A stretch of 64,000 nt of DNA from Callorhinchus milii (GCF_018977255.1 NW_024704743.1:87670001-87734000); one strand, 5' to 3'; numbered from the stretch's first letter, positions 49,511 through 62,914 are shown. The notes: generated from the letters alone by a model not told the origin. Numbers and translations: made by a program.

Positions 49511-51817
49511 TCTGGTGAAGAACGTTAACATGTCCTCCCAATGGGCAAGGTGCAATACTAGGATGCAAGGATTATCATTGACATTATTCAGGATAGTGCT
49601 GAACTATTCTGATGAATAATTATCATAATTTTAATTAAAATTGAGAGGAACAAAATCAAAAATTCTGGGCAAGTTAAAGAAGCAAAAAGGAATGTTGCTG
49701 TGTGCAAATTAGCTGCTGCGTTTACCTACAAATATACAGTCACTACACTTTATGTATTACTTTATAAACCACTTTTGAGGCATTATAGGCACAGTATCAA
49801 ATGCAAATTTCAAGTCCACGTCTTTTTTTATTTAAAAATTAACAGTATTTTAAAATGTTTTTGCACACATTTCATAGCTGTGTTAATAATTAACTTTTGT
49901 TTTTTTATTTAGACAATTTACCAGGATGTACCCCATATCAGAGATTAACGTAGTTAAAACAGTTCATTTTGGCATGTCAGTCTTGCGTCACTGGTTAGCA
50001 CACTGTGTACACAGGTGCATAATATGCCCTGATGAGGTTTAAATTGGCTGAGAAATTTGTCTTTATAGTGGTTTTGAAGCAAACATTATAAAACGGTTGC
50101 TTTCACATCAAAATGGGAGGGCAATGGAGGGCAGAGGAAAAGTAAAAGGCTTCAACTTTAAAACATTTAGAAAACTATTTAAGTTTCAATTTAACAGGAC
50201 AAATAAAGAGAATAATGAAGATAAAATGGACAAGAATGAATGCAGGTGACATATATACAATCTTATTTTTATTTTAAATTTTAATATTTATTTCAGTTTT
50301 TTGGGGTAATGATGTTACATTAATGTTTGTGCAGCATTACTGCTGTAAGATTTGTTTTCTTTTTCAGTAACACAGAATTAGTCTTCCCAAGAGACTTCTC
50401 AATAGTCTATGGGTTAAACCGGTATTTTAGAATTGTTGTGGAGGAAATACAGAAATCATTGTTGTAGGGTTCTTTCTGTCAGTACAAAATCCCCAGTAAA
50501 CCTCATTTTAAAATCATAATTCCATTCATATCTTTCTACGCTCTTTAAAATTTGGCTTTGCAATATCACCACACCTCAAAACATATTTGACAACCTGAAC
50601 TGTTTAAGAGGTGATCACTGCCTGTATAGGAGCTTGAGATCCTGAATGGCACTTTGTTTGTGCAAAAAGCACTGACCTTCTCTCCGCACTGACTGCTAGC
50701 AACTGCCAGTCACAGAGCTATGGACTGAATGTTTCTTTGAGAGAAACCACATCATATCAAATGAAATTCCTTTATTGTCACTTCACGCCCATTTTCCCTT
50801 TCAGCTAGCAAATTAAAAGTGACAATAAAAGGAATCCATTCCTATGGGAAATACACTGAATAACTTGTTGTCAGTGAAGGTATGAGCCAGCCAGGAGAGT
50901 GCATTGAATCTCAAATCAGATAACATGAAAGTGGTAATGAATTTTTGTAAGGCTAGCTCTTTCTATTTGATCACCCACTGCAGCATGCTCTCAGCTAAGC
51001 ATAATGAAGCAATTGGTTTCGGTTCCTGTTAATGGCTTGTTTTGCATGCTGAGAAGGGCAACAGGGGTGGGGGGACCATTAAATCAACAATGGGCAAGGA
51101 GATATAAATACTCCCACAAACTCAAACTTGCTTTATTGAGGCCATTTGGAAGCAGTTGGTTTGCTGGTGACCAGCTGCCAGGCAGTCTCTGCCACCTTGC
51201 ATTATAGAACACTTGAAAAAGGATTGTAGGGTTTGTAAGACAGCACCTGCTCAGAACTAACCCTGGCAATAGATCAAGGTCATTCATTTCAGTTAACCTT
51301 GTGATGTATCCACAAAAAACATTGAAAAGCCATATTGTATTGACAATGGGGATGATCTGTATTACTCAGTCCTCAGTCGCAGTAAGACTCCTAGGCACTT
51401 TATAATTGGTTACAAGGTCTGTAATGTGTACATTGATTTATTGATTGTGTGATTAAGTTCTCATCCAACAGATGGGTGTGTGGTCATCTGGAGTGCTCGG
51501 AATAATAATGAGAAGGAGTCTGGATCCTCTCTGATAAGGTAGGGAAGGTGAATTTGTTAAGATCACCATTAAGATTTATTCACCTTGTGCTGCAACTAAG
51601 TTCAAATATCCTTTCCTTTATTCAGAAGCAGATTGTGCCGTTACACTTCATTTTTCTTCTTTGATTTAAAAAAAATCCTGAACTCTTTGTTCAAGCTCAA
51701 AAAACCATTATTGCCGTTTTGGATTGTTTCAAAACTAAAACCAGATTCAGAGTTCTTATCGCTAAACTTTTGAAGTGCTGGAAATTGAAAGAGGATCCTG
51801 ATCACATGATGAAAGAA

Positions 51818-52090
51818 ATAATAATAGTAATAATCTTTAAATTTGATATAGCGCCTTATCACGTCTTCGAGATGTCTTCGAAGGTGCTTCACAGAATACA
51901 CCGTAAAGTGAATTGTAAAGTATATTTTGTGAGCGAAACGCAGCAGCCAATTGCGCACATCAGTGTCCCACAAACAGTCGTGGATTGAATGATTACATTT
52001 CTTTTTAAATATTTTTTTGATCAGATTATTATCCCTGGAAATGCGATCCACCAATCGACTAATAACCGGATTCCTACTTACTGCAAGGTA
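51818..52090 (-). mobile_element. SINE type A, 5' end truncated at an L2 tail
   Basis: Tail, body and linker up to ACTGCAAGGTAAC. Confidence 0.85.
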
Positions 52091-53003
52091 ACAACAACAA
52101 GATTACATTTTATAGTGTCTTTCACGTTGGGAGGATATTCCAAGGCACTGCACAGTGTACAGCATTTCAGACCTGAGCTGTGGTCAGGGAAGGGAAGGGG
52201 GTTGGCCGATAGCATGGTCAAAGAGGAAGGTTTTGAGGCGGGACTTGAAGGAGGCTAAGGAGGGGGTGAGGCAGAGTGATTGGGGGATGGAATTCCAGAG
52301 GTTGGGAGCAGAGTGGCTGAAGGCTCTCCCACCAATGGTGGGGCGGGTGGGTCGGGGGACGTGGAGCAGGCTGGAGCCAGCTGAGCAGAGGGAGTGGGCG
52401 GGTTGGTAGGGGGTTAGGAGGTCGCAGAGGTAGGGTGGGGTTAGGCCATGGAGGGCTTTGTATGTGAGGACCAGGATTTTGAACTGGATCCTCTGAAGGA
52501 TAGGGAGCCAATGGAGTCGGCGAGAATGGGGAGATGGGGTCATGGAGTTTGGTGCGGGAGAGGACACGGGCTGCAGAGTTCTGGAGTTGAGGGTGGAGGC
52601 AGAAAGATAGAGTTGGGTGTCATCCGCATACATGTGGAAGTTGACCCCATGTCTGTGGATGATGTCACCAAGGGGGAGCATGTAGATATTAAAGAGGAGA
52701 GGGCCAAGGACAGAGCCCTGGGGGACCCCAGACGTGACAGTGTGGGGGCTGGAGAAGAAACTGTTAGAGGCAACTAAGTGGAGACGGTAAGAGAGATAGG
52801 AATCGAACCAGGCAAGGGCAGGTCCGCGAAGATTAAATAAGGAGGAGAGGCGGTGTATGAGAATGGCGTGGTTGACAGTGTCGAAGGCGGCAGAGAGGTT
52901 GAGGACAAGGAGGCAGAGGGAGCCCTGATCACAGATGTTCAGAATATCATTAGTGACTTTGACCAGAGCTGTTTCCGTGCTGTGGGCAGTGCGGAAGCCG
53001 GAC
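52090..53003 (-). mobile_element. 5'-truncated L2 with RT domain and an internal deletion
   Basis: SGFRTAHSTETALVKVTND, LSAAFDTV, GVPQGSVLGPLLF, YADDTQLY. Sequence jumps from just after YADD to LHWLP. (GTT)n tail. Confidence 0.95.
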
Positions 53004-53100
53004 AGTAACGAAGCAAGCAGCAATTATATTTGGATTTCACAAGACATAATCAATATGAATAAATGAAATGTTGCTTCCTAGTTAAAATCTTTATGCTTAA

Positions 53101-53460
53101 AGTTCGCCCACAAATATACAGTCAATTCAATTCATTTTACAGTGTGTTCTGTGAAGCTTTTGGGACGTCCTCCTGACGTGAAAAGCGCTATATCAAATGC
53201 AAGGATTATTATTATTATTAAGTGCTTACATGCACCCAGAATGCTCGACAGTGGCAGAGCACAATGCCAAGCTGGGGGGAGGTGACCCTAGGCACAATAG
53301 AAAAGGAAGGTCTTCAGGCGTGACCTGAAGATGGGGAAGGAGGGGGCAAGGCAGAGGGAAAGAGGAAGAGTGTTGTAGAGTTTCAGGGCAGAGCGGCTGA
53401 AAGCACGGCCACCAATCATGGAACAGAGGGCACGAGGGACATGCAGAAGGCCGGTGCCAG
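53101..53460. mobile_element. SINE type B 3' end (+, 53101-53220) abutting an L2 3' fragment (-, 53220-53460)
   Basis: Shared tail motifs and antisense L2 C-terminus. Confidence 0.78.
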
Positions 53461-53996
53461 TCAAGCATTAGATGCAATGTCTAATTTATTTTCATTTAAC
53501 AGAGCATGGTCCCCTCCCATCACACATCCTTTCACACCCAAATCAGCAGAGCCACTTTAGTCTGAAGCTTTGCATTTGCATTTGTGCATTGCTCACCTTG
53601 TGTGCTCTCGGAACATGATGAATTTCAGGCTCCGTCTATACCACACCAATAGAAATAAAAGCATTGTCCAGTGTGACAACCATCTGATTAGTTTGCCTCA
53701 TTAGTTGCAAACATTGCCTAGTTTTCATTTCAATGAAAAATCACTACAGTACTGAGCTCTTCAACAATTTCAGCACTAGGTGACGATGCGTCCAGCACTT
53801 TGTGGAGTCTTAAGTCGATTTCCGTGCACAAATTCCTGAGATATTTCTAGTTTAATCATGGCTTGGTGAAACATGTAGCCAGCTAATAAGCATATATCAC
53901 AGTGGTCATCACCAGCCTCCTATCCCAGTCAATTGCCCAGAATAGCATCCTTTGTGGAGTTGTGAAAAACCTTCCCAGATGCTGCACATATAGAAC

Positions 53997-54846
53997 AATA
54001 ATCCTTGCATTTGATACAGCACCTATTACATCATCGAAATGTCTGAAAGCACTTCACAGGATTTTATTGTGAAGTGTGTTTGTAGGCGAAGATGGCAGCC
54101 AATCTCACACAGTAATGTCCCACAGTCAGCCATGAAGTGAATGACCAGTTTTGTTTATTTGGGGGATTATTGGTCAGGATATTGGGAGAAGCCCTATTCT
54201 CTTTCCAAGTAATGCCATGGGATCTTTAATCTTCACCTGAACAGGCAGATAGGACCATGATTTAATGTCTCATCCGAAGGATGTCGCCTCCGACAATGTA
54301 GTGCACGCCCAGCACTGCATTGGAGTGTCAGCCTAGAGTCAACAAGTGTTTGCTTAAAATGCTGTTCTAAATTTTTACTCTTTTTTTGGCATAGCAACAG
54401 TAGCACCACAAACCAAGCACACTGGTTTTAAAGTTCTCGCTTGCGTAAACAACTGTTCTTCCCAAGCGGGATTAAACACTCTCAATGGGGTGTCCTCTTC
54501 ATATTTTCTTTTTGACATAATGGGGCTTACTAAGTGACATGTTTTGGGGGAAAAAAATCAAACACTTGCAACGTCAAACAATTAAACTTCAACACACTTG
54601 ACTCAAAGACTGCAGCTCGCAGACTGGCATTGACTTTATTGGCGTTCGGGGTGAGGGGTTGAGGCAATGACATCACTTCAGTGCGGGATCCAGTAATTCT
54701 TACCGTTATTGGAGTTATTCTTAAAATTTGTTGCGTGCCACTACTAAGAGCATTGGCCACCACCAGCCTAGACTGACTGATGTGAGGCTTGAACCCACAA
54801 CCTTCCGACTCAGCGGTGAGATCGCTACCAACTGAAACCACCTGAC
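53997..54846 (-). mobile_element. Deu-domain SINE split by a 426-bp unclassified insertion
   Basis: Body 53997-54337 and head 54764-54846. Confidence 0.75.
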
Positions 54847-55427
54847 ACTAAATTGGGATGTTTGAAAGGGAAGTAGTTGGGAAGTTAAGGATGTGCGAAA
54901 AAACACAGGCAAATAGGTTTAAATAAAACCTAGATCTAATAAAAAGAGCAGGCCAGATCTAATGGGCAAAATGACCGACTCCATCTTATAGTAAGATACT
55001 TTTTAACTAGGATAATGAAATGTTCAACTTTGTATTGCATTCCCAATGAAGAATTCTTCCTCCTCTCCATACGCAAATAGCCAAGTCTTCCCAAATTAGT
55101 TTTACATTGGCGAGTGAACCCGGAAACAAAAGGAGGTCTGGGATTCATTACAGCATTTCTGGTAGATTCTACAGAAACTGCACATCATTCCAGCTGGGCA
55201 AAATACCAAACTAGTTGGATTACAGGGCAGAAGCAATGATAGCACACTGTGATTTCATCCCAACAGTGACTGGAGGAAAGGACACCTAGTTTAAACATCT
55301 AGTTTGTTATAAAAAGGAATGTGCTGAGCGTATGAAGGAGCCAAGTCACTTACTTGTTTACCAAGTAAACAAGCATGTGAAGTAAGGAAACTTGCCCAAC
55401 GCTTCGCCTTGCCCGGGAATTGAACAC

Positions 55428-57332
55428 GACAACAACAACGTGCACTTATATAGAGCCCTCTATGCAGGGTAGAGTCTCAGAGTGCTTAACAGTGGTAGAG
55501 CCTGACTCCGAGCCAGGTGGGGGGGGGAAGGTGGCCGTAGGCACGGTCGAAGAGGAAGGTTTTCAGGCAGGACTTGAAAAAGGGGAGAGAGGGGCAAGGC
55601 GGAGGGATTGAGGGAGAGCGTTCCAGAATTTTGAGCTGTAGTGACTGAAAGCCTGACCTCCAATGGTGGGGTGGAGGGTGCGAAGGATGAGCAGGAGGTC
55701 GGTGGCAGTCGAGCGTAGTTTTTGGGAATGATTTAGGAATGAAGAGGTCAGAGAGGTAGGGAGGTGCCAGAGAGTGAAGAGATTTGAATACAAGTGTGAG
55801 GATCTTGATCCATTCAGTGATGGGGAGCCAGTGGAGCCTGGCCAGAACTGGTGAGATGTGGATACAGAATTTGGTCCGGGTCAGTATGTAGGCAGCTGAA
55901 TGAGCTGGATCTTTTGAATCGTGGAGCTGGGGAGACCGGTGAGGAGTGCGTTTGAGTAATCCAGGCGGAAGGTGACAAATGCATGCACAAGGATTTTGGC
56001 TACATTTGGGTAAGGTACGGTCAGAGGCGGGCAATGTAGTACAGGTGGAAGAAAGCGTTCCTGGTCGGGGCCGGATGTGGGGGACGAAGGACAGCTGGGG
56101 GTTGAACTGGATGCCGAGATTGTGCAATGGTTTGTTGAATCTGAGGGAGAGCCCAGGGAGGTTGAGCAGTTTAGATCCACAGGAGTGAAAACATTGATGG
56201 GAGCCAAATAGTATGGCTTGCGTGTTGTCCACATTCAGCTGCAGGAAGTTTGCACTCATCCGGGCCCTGATGTCTGACAGACAAGCTGATAGAACATCAG
56301 CGGACCTGGACTTGGTACTGGAGGAGACAAAGTAGATTTCTGTGTCTTCTGCATACATGTGGAAGTTTACCCCGTGTTGCGGAAGACATCGCTCAGAGGG
56401 AGCATATAGATAAGGGAAAGAAGAGGGCCAAGGATGGAGCCCTGTGGAACCCCTCAGGTGACTGGGCGGGGGTGGGAAGAGAAACCGTTTGCCGAAATGA
56501 AATGGAAGAGTTGGTTAAGTAGAACTTGGTGGAGGAGGATGGTGTGGTTGACTGGGTCAAACTCAGCAGAGAAATCCAGGAGGACAAGGAGGTAGAGGGA
56601 GCCCTAGTTACAGATAGAGAGTATGTTATCTGTGACTTTGACAAGCGGTGTCTCTGTGCTGTGGGCAGCGTGAAAACTAGAAGGCAGGGGTTCGAGGAGG
56701 GAGTGGAGGGAGAGATGTGACCAAAGTTGACCTGCAAAAATGTGTTTCAATAACAACAATTTGCATTTATATAGCGCCCTCCAAGCTGGGCGGTGTCTCA
56801 GAGCACTCAACAATAGCGGAACCTGAGGGCGAGCCAGGGGAGGATGAAGGTGACCGTAGGCACGGTTCCAGGACTTTGGCAAGGAAGAGTAGGTTGGAGA
56901 TGGGGCAGTAGTGTGAGAGATTAGAAGGATTGAGAGTGGGCTTTTTGAGGAGGGGGTGTGATAACAATGGTTTTCAAGTGGAGTGGAACAGAGCTTAAGG
57001 GGAAAGACTGGTTGACTGTGTCGGCCAGCAGGGGAGAGAGAAGGGGGAGTTGAGTGACCAGCAGCTGAGTGGAGAGGGGCTCAAGCCAGCAGGTGGTGAA
57101 CTTCATCTGGGTGATTGTGGTTGAGAGGGAGGAGGGAGAAATGGGGGCAAAGGAGTGTAAGGAGGGAGGATTGGCAGGAGCCATGGTGGAGGGAGAAGGC
57201 GGTGTAGATGGTCTGGGTGGGTTGGTAGGTGACATGGATGGGGGGAGGACGATGCAGCTAAGTGGATATTTTCAATCTTTGAGGCGAAGAAGTCTAGGAC
57301 CTCTTCGCACTTGTTGTTTGATGTGAGGATAG
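55428..57332 (-). mobile_element. 5'-truncated decayed L2 ORF2 (about 1.9 kb) inserted in a SINE head (55362-55427 and 57335-57385); contains a nested L2 tail at about 56751-56868
   Basis: FFASKIENI, LKKPTLNPSNLSHYCPISNLLFLAKVLE, HSTETPLVKVTD, YAEDTEIY, CLSDIRARMSANFLQLN, RLDYSNALL, LHWLP. Confidence 0.92.
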
Positions 57333-58199
57333 AGGGGACCTCGCACTTGCAAGTCGAGTGCTTTAACCACTAAGCTACAGGACTCTGTTAAAATTCAATA
57401 ATACTTTTTGGGAAGAGAATGAAGGTTCTCTTGGTATCCCAAGCTAGCAATCCTCTAAATTAATTATTCTTTCACCACAAGGCTGTTTGTAGGACTTTGT
57501 GGTATGCAAAATGGCTACTGTATTTGCTTATAAAACAATCCTAAAGTTGATGGAAATTATTGTAAAACACACTGAGGCATTTTAACATTTGACACGCAGA
57601 TAGAATGCTTCTTTGTTTTCTCTTTGATATAATAAACCTTCTTGGAACAGCCAGAGACAAATGTTCCCGAAGCATCATGTAACCTCATCTTTTGTGCAAT
57701 AGCTTAAAGTAAAGAAAATGGGAAAAGGCCATATAGTTCTGTAAAACTCATCCCTGTATTGCATTAACTTTCCCATCACAGCATATCACACTGCATACAT
57801 TTGGAACAAATCTAATATTTTCGGTTTCATTACCTTTCTTAATAGATTATTCCAAACATGTATCACTCTTTGAGCAAAGACTGTATTCTAAACTTCTTAC
57901 TAATTTCCATGTCCTCTGGTCCTACTTTCTAGCTATCTTTGAAGCAATAGGGCTTAACATATCAATACAATATAAAATTTTAAGCATTTTGATACTTTCC
58001 CGACCCAGAAAAATTCACAGTCAAATAATTTTACCTCAGCGTAAAAATCTTTTTAACTTTTTTTTAGGATGTTTCTGGAAGGAATACTTTACACACATGT
58101 CTTCTGGTTGTTGCTCCCTTTTAAAGTTTAAAGTATACCAATTGGTTTTAAGATCAACAATAAAAACCATTACTGTTCCTCTATAAATACAGATAGGTT

Positions 58200-58365
58200 T
58201 AGGAAAATGAGATTCACTTTGCATTCTCCTCTGTTGAAGACTGTCCTCTTCTATCATGCCTATTGGCACTTTTGCTTTCTCCCCAGCTCGGAGACAAACT
58301 CCGCCATTGTTAAACACTTTGAGATGTGACTGCTGAAGGGCGCTATATAAATTCAAGTTGTGTTT
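58200..58365 (+). mobile_element. Diverged L2 3' fragment
   Basis: GAAGGGCGCTATATAAATTCAAGTTGT tail. Confidence 0.55.
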
Positions 58366-61052
58366 TTGTGTAGTTTCTGTTGCTAACTTTAATACTACGT
58401 TCAATTAAACAGGGAGTGCTGGTGTCATATTTAGGATAATGTCTGAGGTGTGACTGAGCTGACAGGATATAGGAAATGAATTGCCAGAAACAGTTACAAT
58501 AATGTACATTTCTAAAAGCACTTTGGGTCATTGATGGTTAATGATTCCTAAGTTTTCTTCTGCTCTTCCTTGGGAGAATTAGACACAAAGTACCCTCTTA
58601 TTACCACTGGAGATCTCTCCAATCTAGAGTTAGCTGCAACTACTGAAAGAAAATTAGTATTCTCATTCCTAAAGGAGAATTCACCTCATGAGTGTCCCTT
58701 TTACAAATCAAGCAGCTGCCATTTTTATTTCCTGTGAGTTTTTGCTGATCACTTGGGTTTTTATATAATATTTATGGCACAAAATGATTTAGAGTTAGGA
58801 GCAAGTGTTACACTTGCCGCTCCTAATTGATTTGACCTGGTGGAGAGCTCTTTGAATGACGAAGAGCACGCACAGAGTTACTTACACTAACAGGTATATC
58901 TCGCAACTTGATCTTTAATAACATTCTAACAAGGAATGTGAAAGAAAAGTTTGCATGTTGATAGTGCCGTATAACATTAAAAGGTCTTAAAGTGCTTGAA
59001 AATTAATAACCCTCAAGTATTGTGGCTATTTGGAGGCAAATGCAGTAACCATTTGTGCCAGCCAATGATCCCTTATTGGACAATTGAAAATACCACCCAA
59101 GAATTTTGAAGGGTCCAAATGTAGTCCAAATGGTTTCAGACCACATATATGGATTGATAATAATAATTAATAATAACCCTTGCATTTAATAGAGTGCTTA
59201 CAAAATATCTCAGAGTGCTTCATGGCGAAATGCTGCCAAGTGTAGCGACTGTATAATTTATAGCAGCAACCGCACAGCAAAGCTATGAAGTCAATGAACA
59301 ATTTATCTCGAGGATTGTCAAACAGAACACTAGGGCTTACATTACAATGGTGAGAACCATTACCCTGCTGAGACCCCTGGACTCCAATGCAATTTAATTT
59401 CAAATTGCATGGCTCAAAACAAATCTGTTGTTTCTTTAATTAAACATTTTTTTCATCCTAATTTCCATTAAAATAAAAAACTTGCATTTAATAGCACTTT
59501 TCAAGTTTTTGAGGACTTCTCAAAATCTTTCACAGGATTTACTGTAAAATGTATTTGTACGCATAAACATGTAGGCAAAAATAATATTGGAAATGGAAAA
59601 AAACATAAAGATAAGCATATTTTCATTATTTATTGATGTGCAAATTCAACTTGAGACCCTTAGACCATTTCTTTGTCTGCAATATTTGTTGACTAAACCT
59701 TTTGGCTAAATGTGCAGAATGGATTTGAAAGTCATGCCACACCATTCTGGGAGCTATTGGACTGGCTGAGGACTACCTAACACACACATATACACACACA
59801 AATACACACACTTTAGTTTATGTGGGAAGCTGCTAAGCAGCATTCTCATAGAAAACTTGATTTATCTTCTTTGTACTCAATCCCTACAAAACTCCAAGCA
59901 GAAGTGCTTCAACAGGACTATTGTCAAAGCGTGATAACAGGATTTGTCATTCCGATTTCAATCCAATCTCTGTTAGCGTTGCAAAAATAAAAAGTTTAGT
60001 AATTGACAAAGAGAACGAAATTCACCTGCTTTTTTAAATCTCTCACATAAAAGCCTATTAATCCATCCAAACTTCTATTCATCCCTGCCATAGCAATGAG
60101 CCAGTAATTACAACACAACTGGGGATCGTGTACTATGCTGTAATGAGTTTCTCTGCAGAACTTTCTCAAGGCCAGCACTGGGCAGATGAAAGACTTTTCG
60201 ATTCTGATGTTCTGGGACCAGGTCTTTTGGAATCATGAAATCAGACCATTTTTTCTCTGTTATTAAATCATTAATTGAAACATATTCCCACTATCCTTTG
60301 ATCTTAGCTCGAGACAGGTTTAAAAATACTGTTACCTGTAAATAGTGCATCAACAAAGGAAAATGTTGCCACTTGGGAGATGTGTGAAGGAAGCGGTTCT
60401 GTCACCTGAGTGATAATATTATGAACAAAGAGAAGGTTTGCATTAGTAACACAGACACATCAGAGGAGATTTTCTCTACAAAGGACAGGGAACAAAGATG
60501 GTACCAAAAGCATATGTTGTTTTCAAAATTTTAAATTAATTACAAATGTTTCTGAACAAGCTGATCTCGATGATATCTTAGTATGTATAATATCCCATTA
60601 CTTATTACTATAAGAATATTCGTTCATCAACAGTTTTTCATAATCTATAGTTTTACAAAGCGAATTTTTCATCCATTTAAAAAAATTATCCTTGCCTTTG
60701 ATGTAGACTGTGGCTGAGAAGTAACTTCTTCCCCTGAATTTAGATCCCAGAGAAGAATGCTCGGAGGAAATCTTAGAGGTGTGTGACATTTTAAATGGAT
60801 TGAAAAAATAAACCCAGAACAATACTTTTAGGATGCATCAAGAAAGTAATAACAAAATAATTATTTTTATTGCATTTAATATAGCGCCACATCATATCTT
60901 CGCGATATCTCAAAACGTTTCACAACTTTTTTTTACTGTGAAGTGTAGTGACAGTATATTTGAACCAGAGAACATAGGATCAAAGCAGCTCAGTACATAT
61001 ACCAGTTGTTTTTTTCTTTACTAAGGGGATAATTAATACATGGAATAGATTA

Positions 61053-61343
61053 TATAATAATAATAATCCTTGCATTTGATATAGCGCTTTTCACATCGGG
61101 AGGACGTCCCAAAGCGCTTCACAGAATATACTGAAAAGTGAATTGACTCTATATTTGTGGGCGACAGCCAATTGTGCACAGCAATGTCCCACAAACAGTC
61201 GTAGATTGAAAATGACCAATTTATTATTGTTTTGTTTTTTGGAGGGATTATTATTAGGTGTGTGGAGTAAGGAAACTTGCCCAAGGTTTCTCCCTGCCTG
61301 GAATTGAACTCAGATCTCTCACTTGCAAAGCGAGTGCTCTAAC
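61053..61343 (-). mobile_element. SINE type B, full length, inserted into an old CR1 3' remnant (about 60790-61475, +)
   Basis: CR1 text ...AATACATGGAATAGAT | TTGCCAGGAAGGGTGGTTGAGGC (NTWNR-LPGRVVEA) flanks the SINE. Confidence 0.9.
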
Positions 61344-61724
61344 CACTGAGCTACAGGACTCCACTTGCCAGGAAGGGTGGTTGAGGCTGGGCAATAGACA
61401 CATTTTAAAAAAAAGTTAATGTCGCAATGGTAGGAAATTGACCAAAGGGCCTTCTTCATCCCAACTAATCTAGTTCTCTGTGGGGCGTGAAGCGGAGAAG
61501 TGGATGTCATGCAGATAAGAATGTTTTGTTCAAAAACTGCACCACAAAAGACATTGATACTGCGGGTAATGTTTTCTTGTGCTTTTGATGGTGGTCATAA
61601 CTACTATTATCCACATCATGTATGATGCTAAAGTCATATTCGATTCATATGCACCAGTCTTTTCTCTGAGTCAGCACCGGCACCCAGGCCAGTCATCGGC
61701 CCCAGCACCATCATCAGTATCAGC

Positions 61725-61915
61725 AACATCAAATTACATTTGTATAACGCCTTTCACATCGGGAGGACGTCCCAAAGTGCTGGACAGACACAGTTATGGA
61801 CCCGAGCTGAGGGTCGGGGTGGGGGAGTGGGGAGATTGAAAGCACGGTCGAAGAGGAGGGTCTTGAGGTGGGTCTTGAAGGTGGCAAGGGAGGGGGCGAG
61901 ACGAAGGGACTGCGG
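61725..61915 (-). mobile_element. L2 3' fragment
   Basis: PQSLRLAPSLATFKTHLKTLLFDRAF plus tail. Confidence 0.85.
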
Positions 61916-62914
61916 GACTAGCAGCAAATTGGAGGAGGAGGTAGCAAAGCCCACTAGGGGCTTTCATCCCCGACTGACCCAGGAAGTCTTGGCGGAGGGG
62001 GGTGGAGGGAGCAACAGAGGTCACGTGGAAAACATGGAAGCAGATGAGCACTTCCAAATCCTCCTCTGAGATCCTTCTCCTGTCTCCCATTCTCAGGAAC
62101 ATAGACCCAGTGCTCATCAACATCAAGCCCTGCACTGCACCCCATAGAAAAGCAGAGAAAGGTGTGGGTAATGTAACCAAAGAGAGAAATTGTGGTGGAA
62201 CATAGAGCAATGCAGAAGTGAGGCATTCAGCCGACAAGAAGGGCAGGTCCATGAGGAAGCACTTACAAAGACTTTACAGTTCTCTGAGATGTGAAAAGGA
62301 TGCATTAGGTGAGGAGTCATGTGACGCTGAGGGGTTCGACGCACTCAATAGGCAGATGATGGACTTCTTGCAGAAAATGAAAGAAAATATAAGAGAAAAT
62401 ATCCAAAGCACACAACACCTAACTGCAATATCAGTGTCCAACATATAGTTTGAAGATGCTGTGCATTGTCCAGAATCTGGCATAGAGAGACTGTAAGACA
62501 GAATCGACATGGCCCGAGACGTAGCAAAGGACTATAAATGGTCTGTGAAGACCCTTGCCAAGTTCATCTAAACAGATTTAGCAGAACACATATGTCGCCT
62601 TCAGGAGAGAGTCGGATGCTTGCTAGATTGACAGTCCAGATGTTGTTGGGAGATCTACAGATGTCATGGGACTAGCAGACCATTCAAGGGAGTGACAGAG
62701 TTCCCCCATATGGACCAGCTGTCACCTCCGCTGCTCGAGCTGTAGCAGGAGAGTAATTCAAACAACTATAAGGTGAGTATGGAATACCATACACCCAATA
62801 CAATGTTTGATCTCCTGCGTGCTACACTTACTGATCAGTTGTGGGGTTATAACATGTCTCCCATCTGCCTCTAGAGTTGGAGAAGCTGGAAAATTATAAT
62901 TATAATAATTATGA

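Larger units (their letters stand above)
47029..49580 (+). mobile_element. Deu-domain SINE host in three pieces (47029-47100, 47409-47677, about 49525-49580)
   Basis: Head, Deu core and tail are collinear once the two CR1 insertions are removed. Confidence 0.7.

Noticed and set aside
49928..49950. Short resemblance to U2 snRNA on the minus strand (TTAATCTCTGATA)
   Set aside because: Too short, with no flanking similarity.
52184..53023. 279-aa RT ORF, and likewise the 55486-56358 and 47770-49568 ORFs, as functional or novel reverse transcriptases
   Set aside because: 5'-truncated, frameshifted or internally deleted L2 and CR1 copies with no endonuclease domain or intact ORF2.
53614..53690. 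C/D-box-like spacing (ATGATGA...CTGA)
   Set aside because: No terminal stem and no recognisable rRNA or snRNA antisense element.
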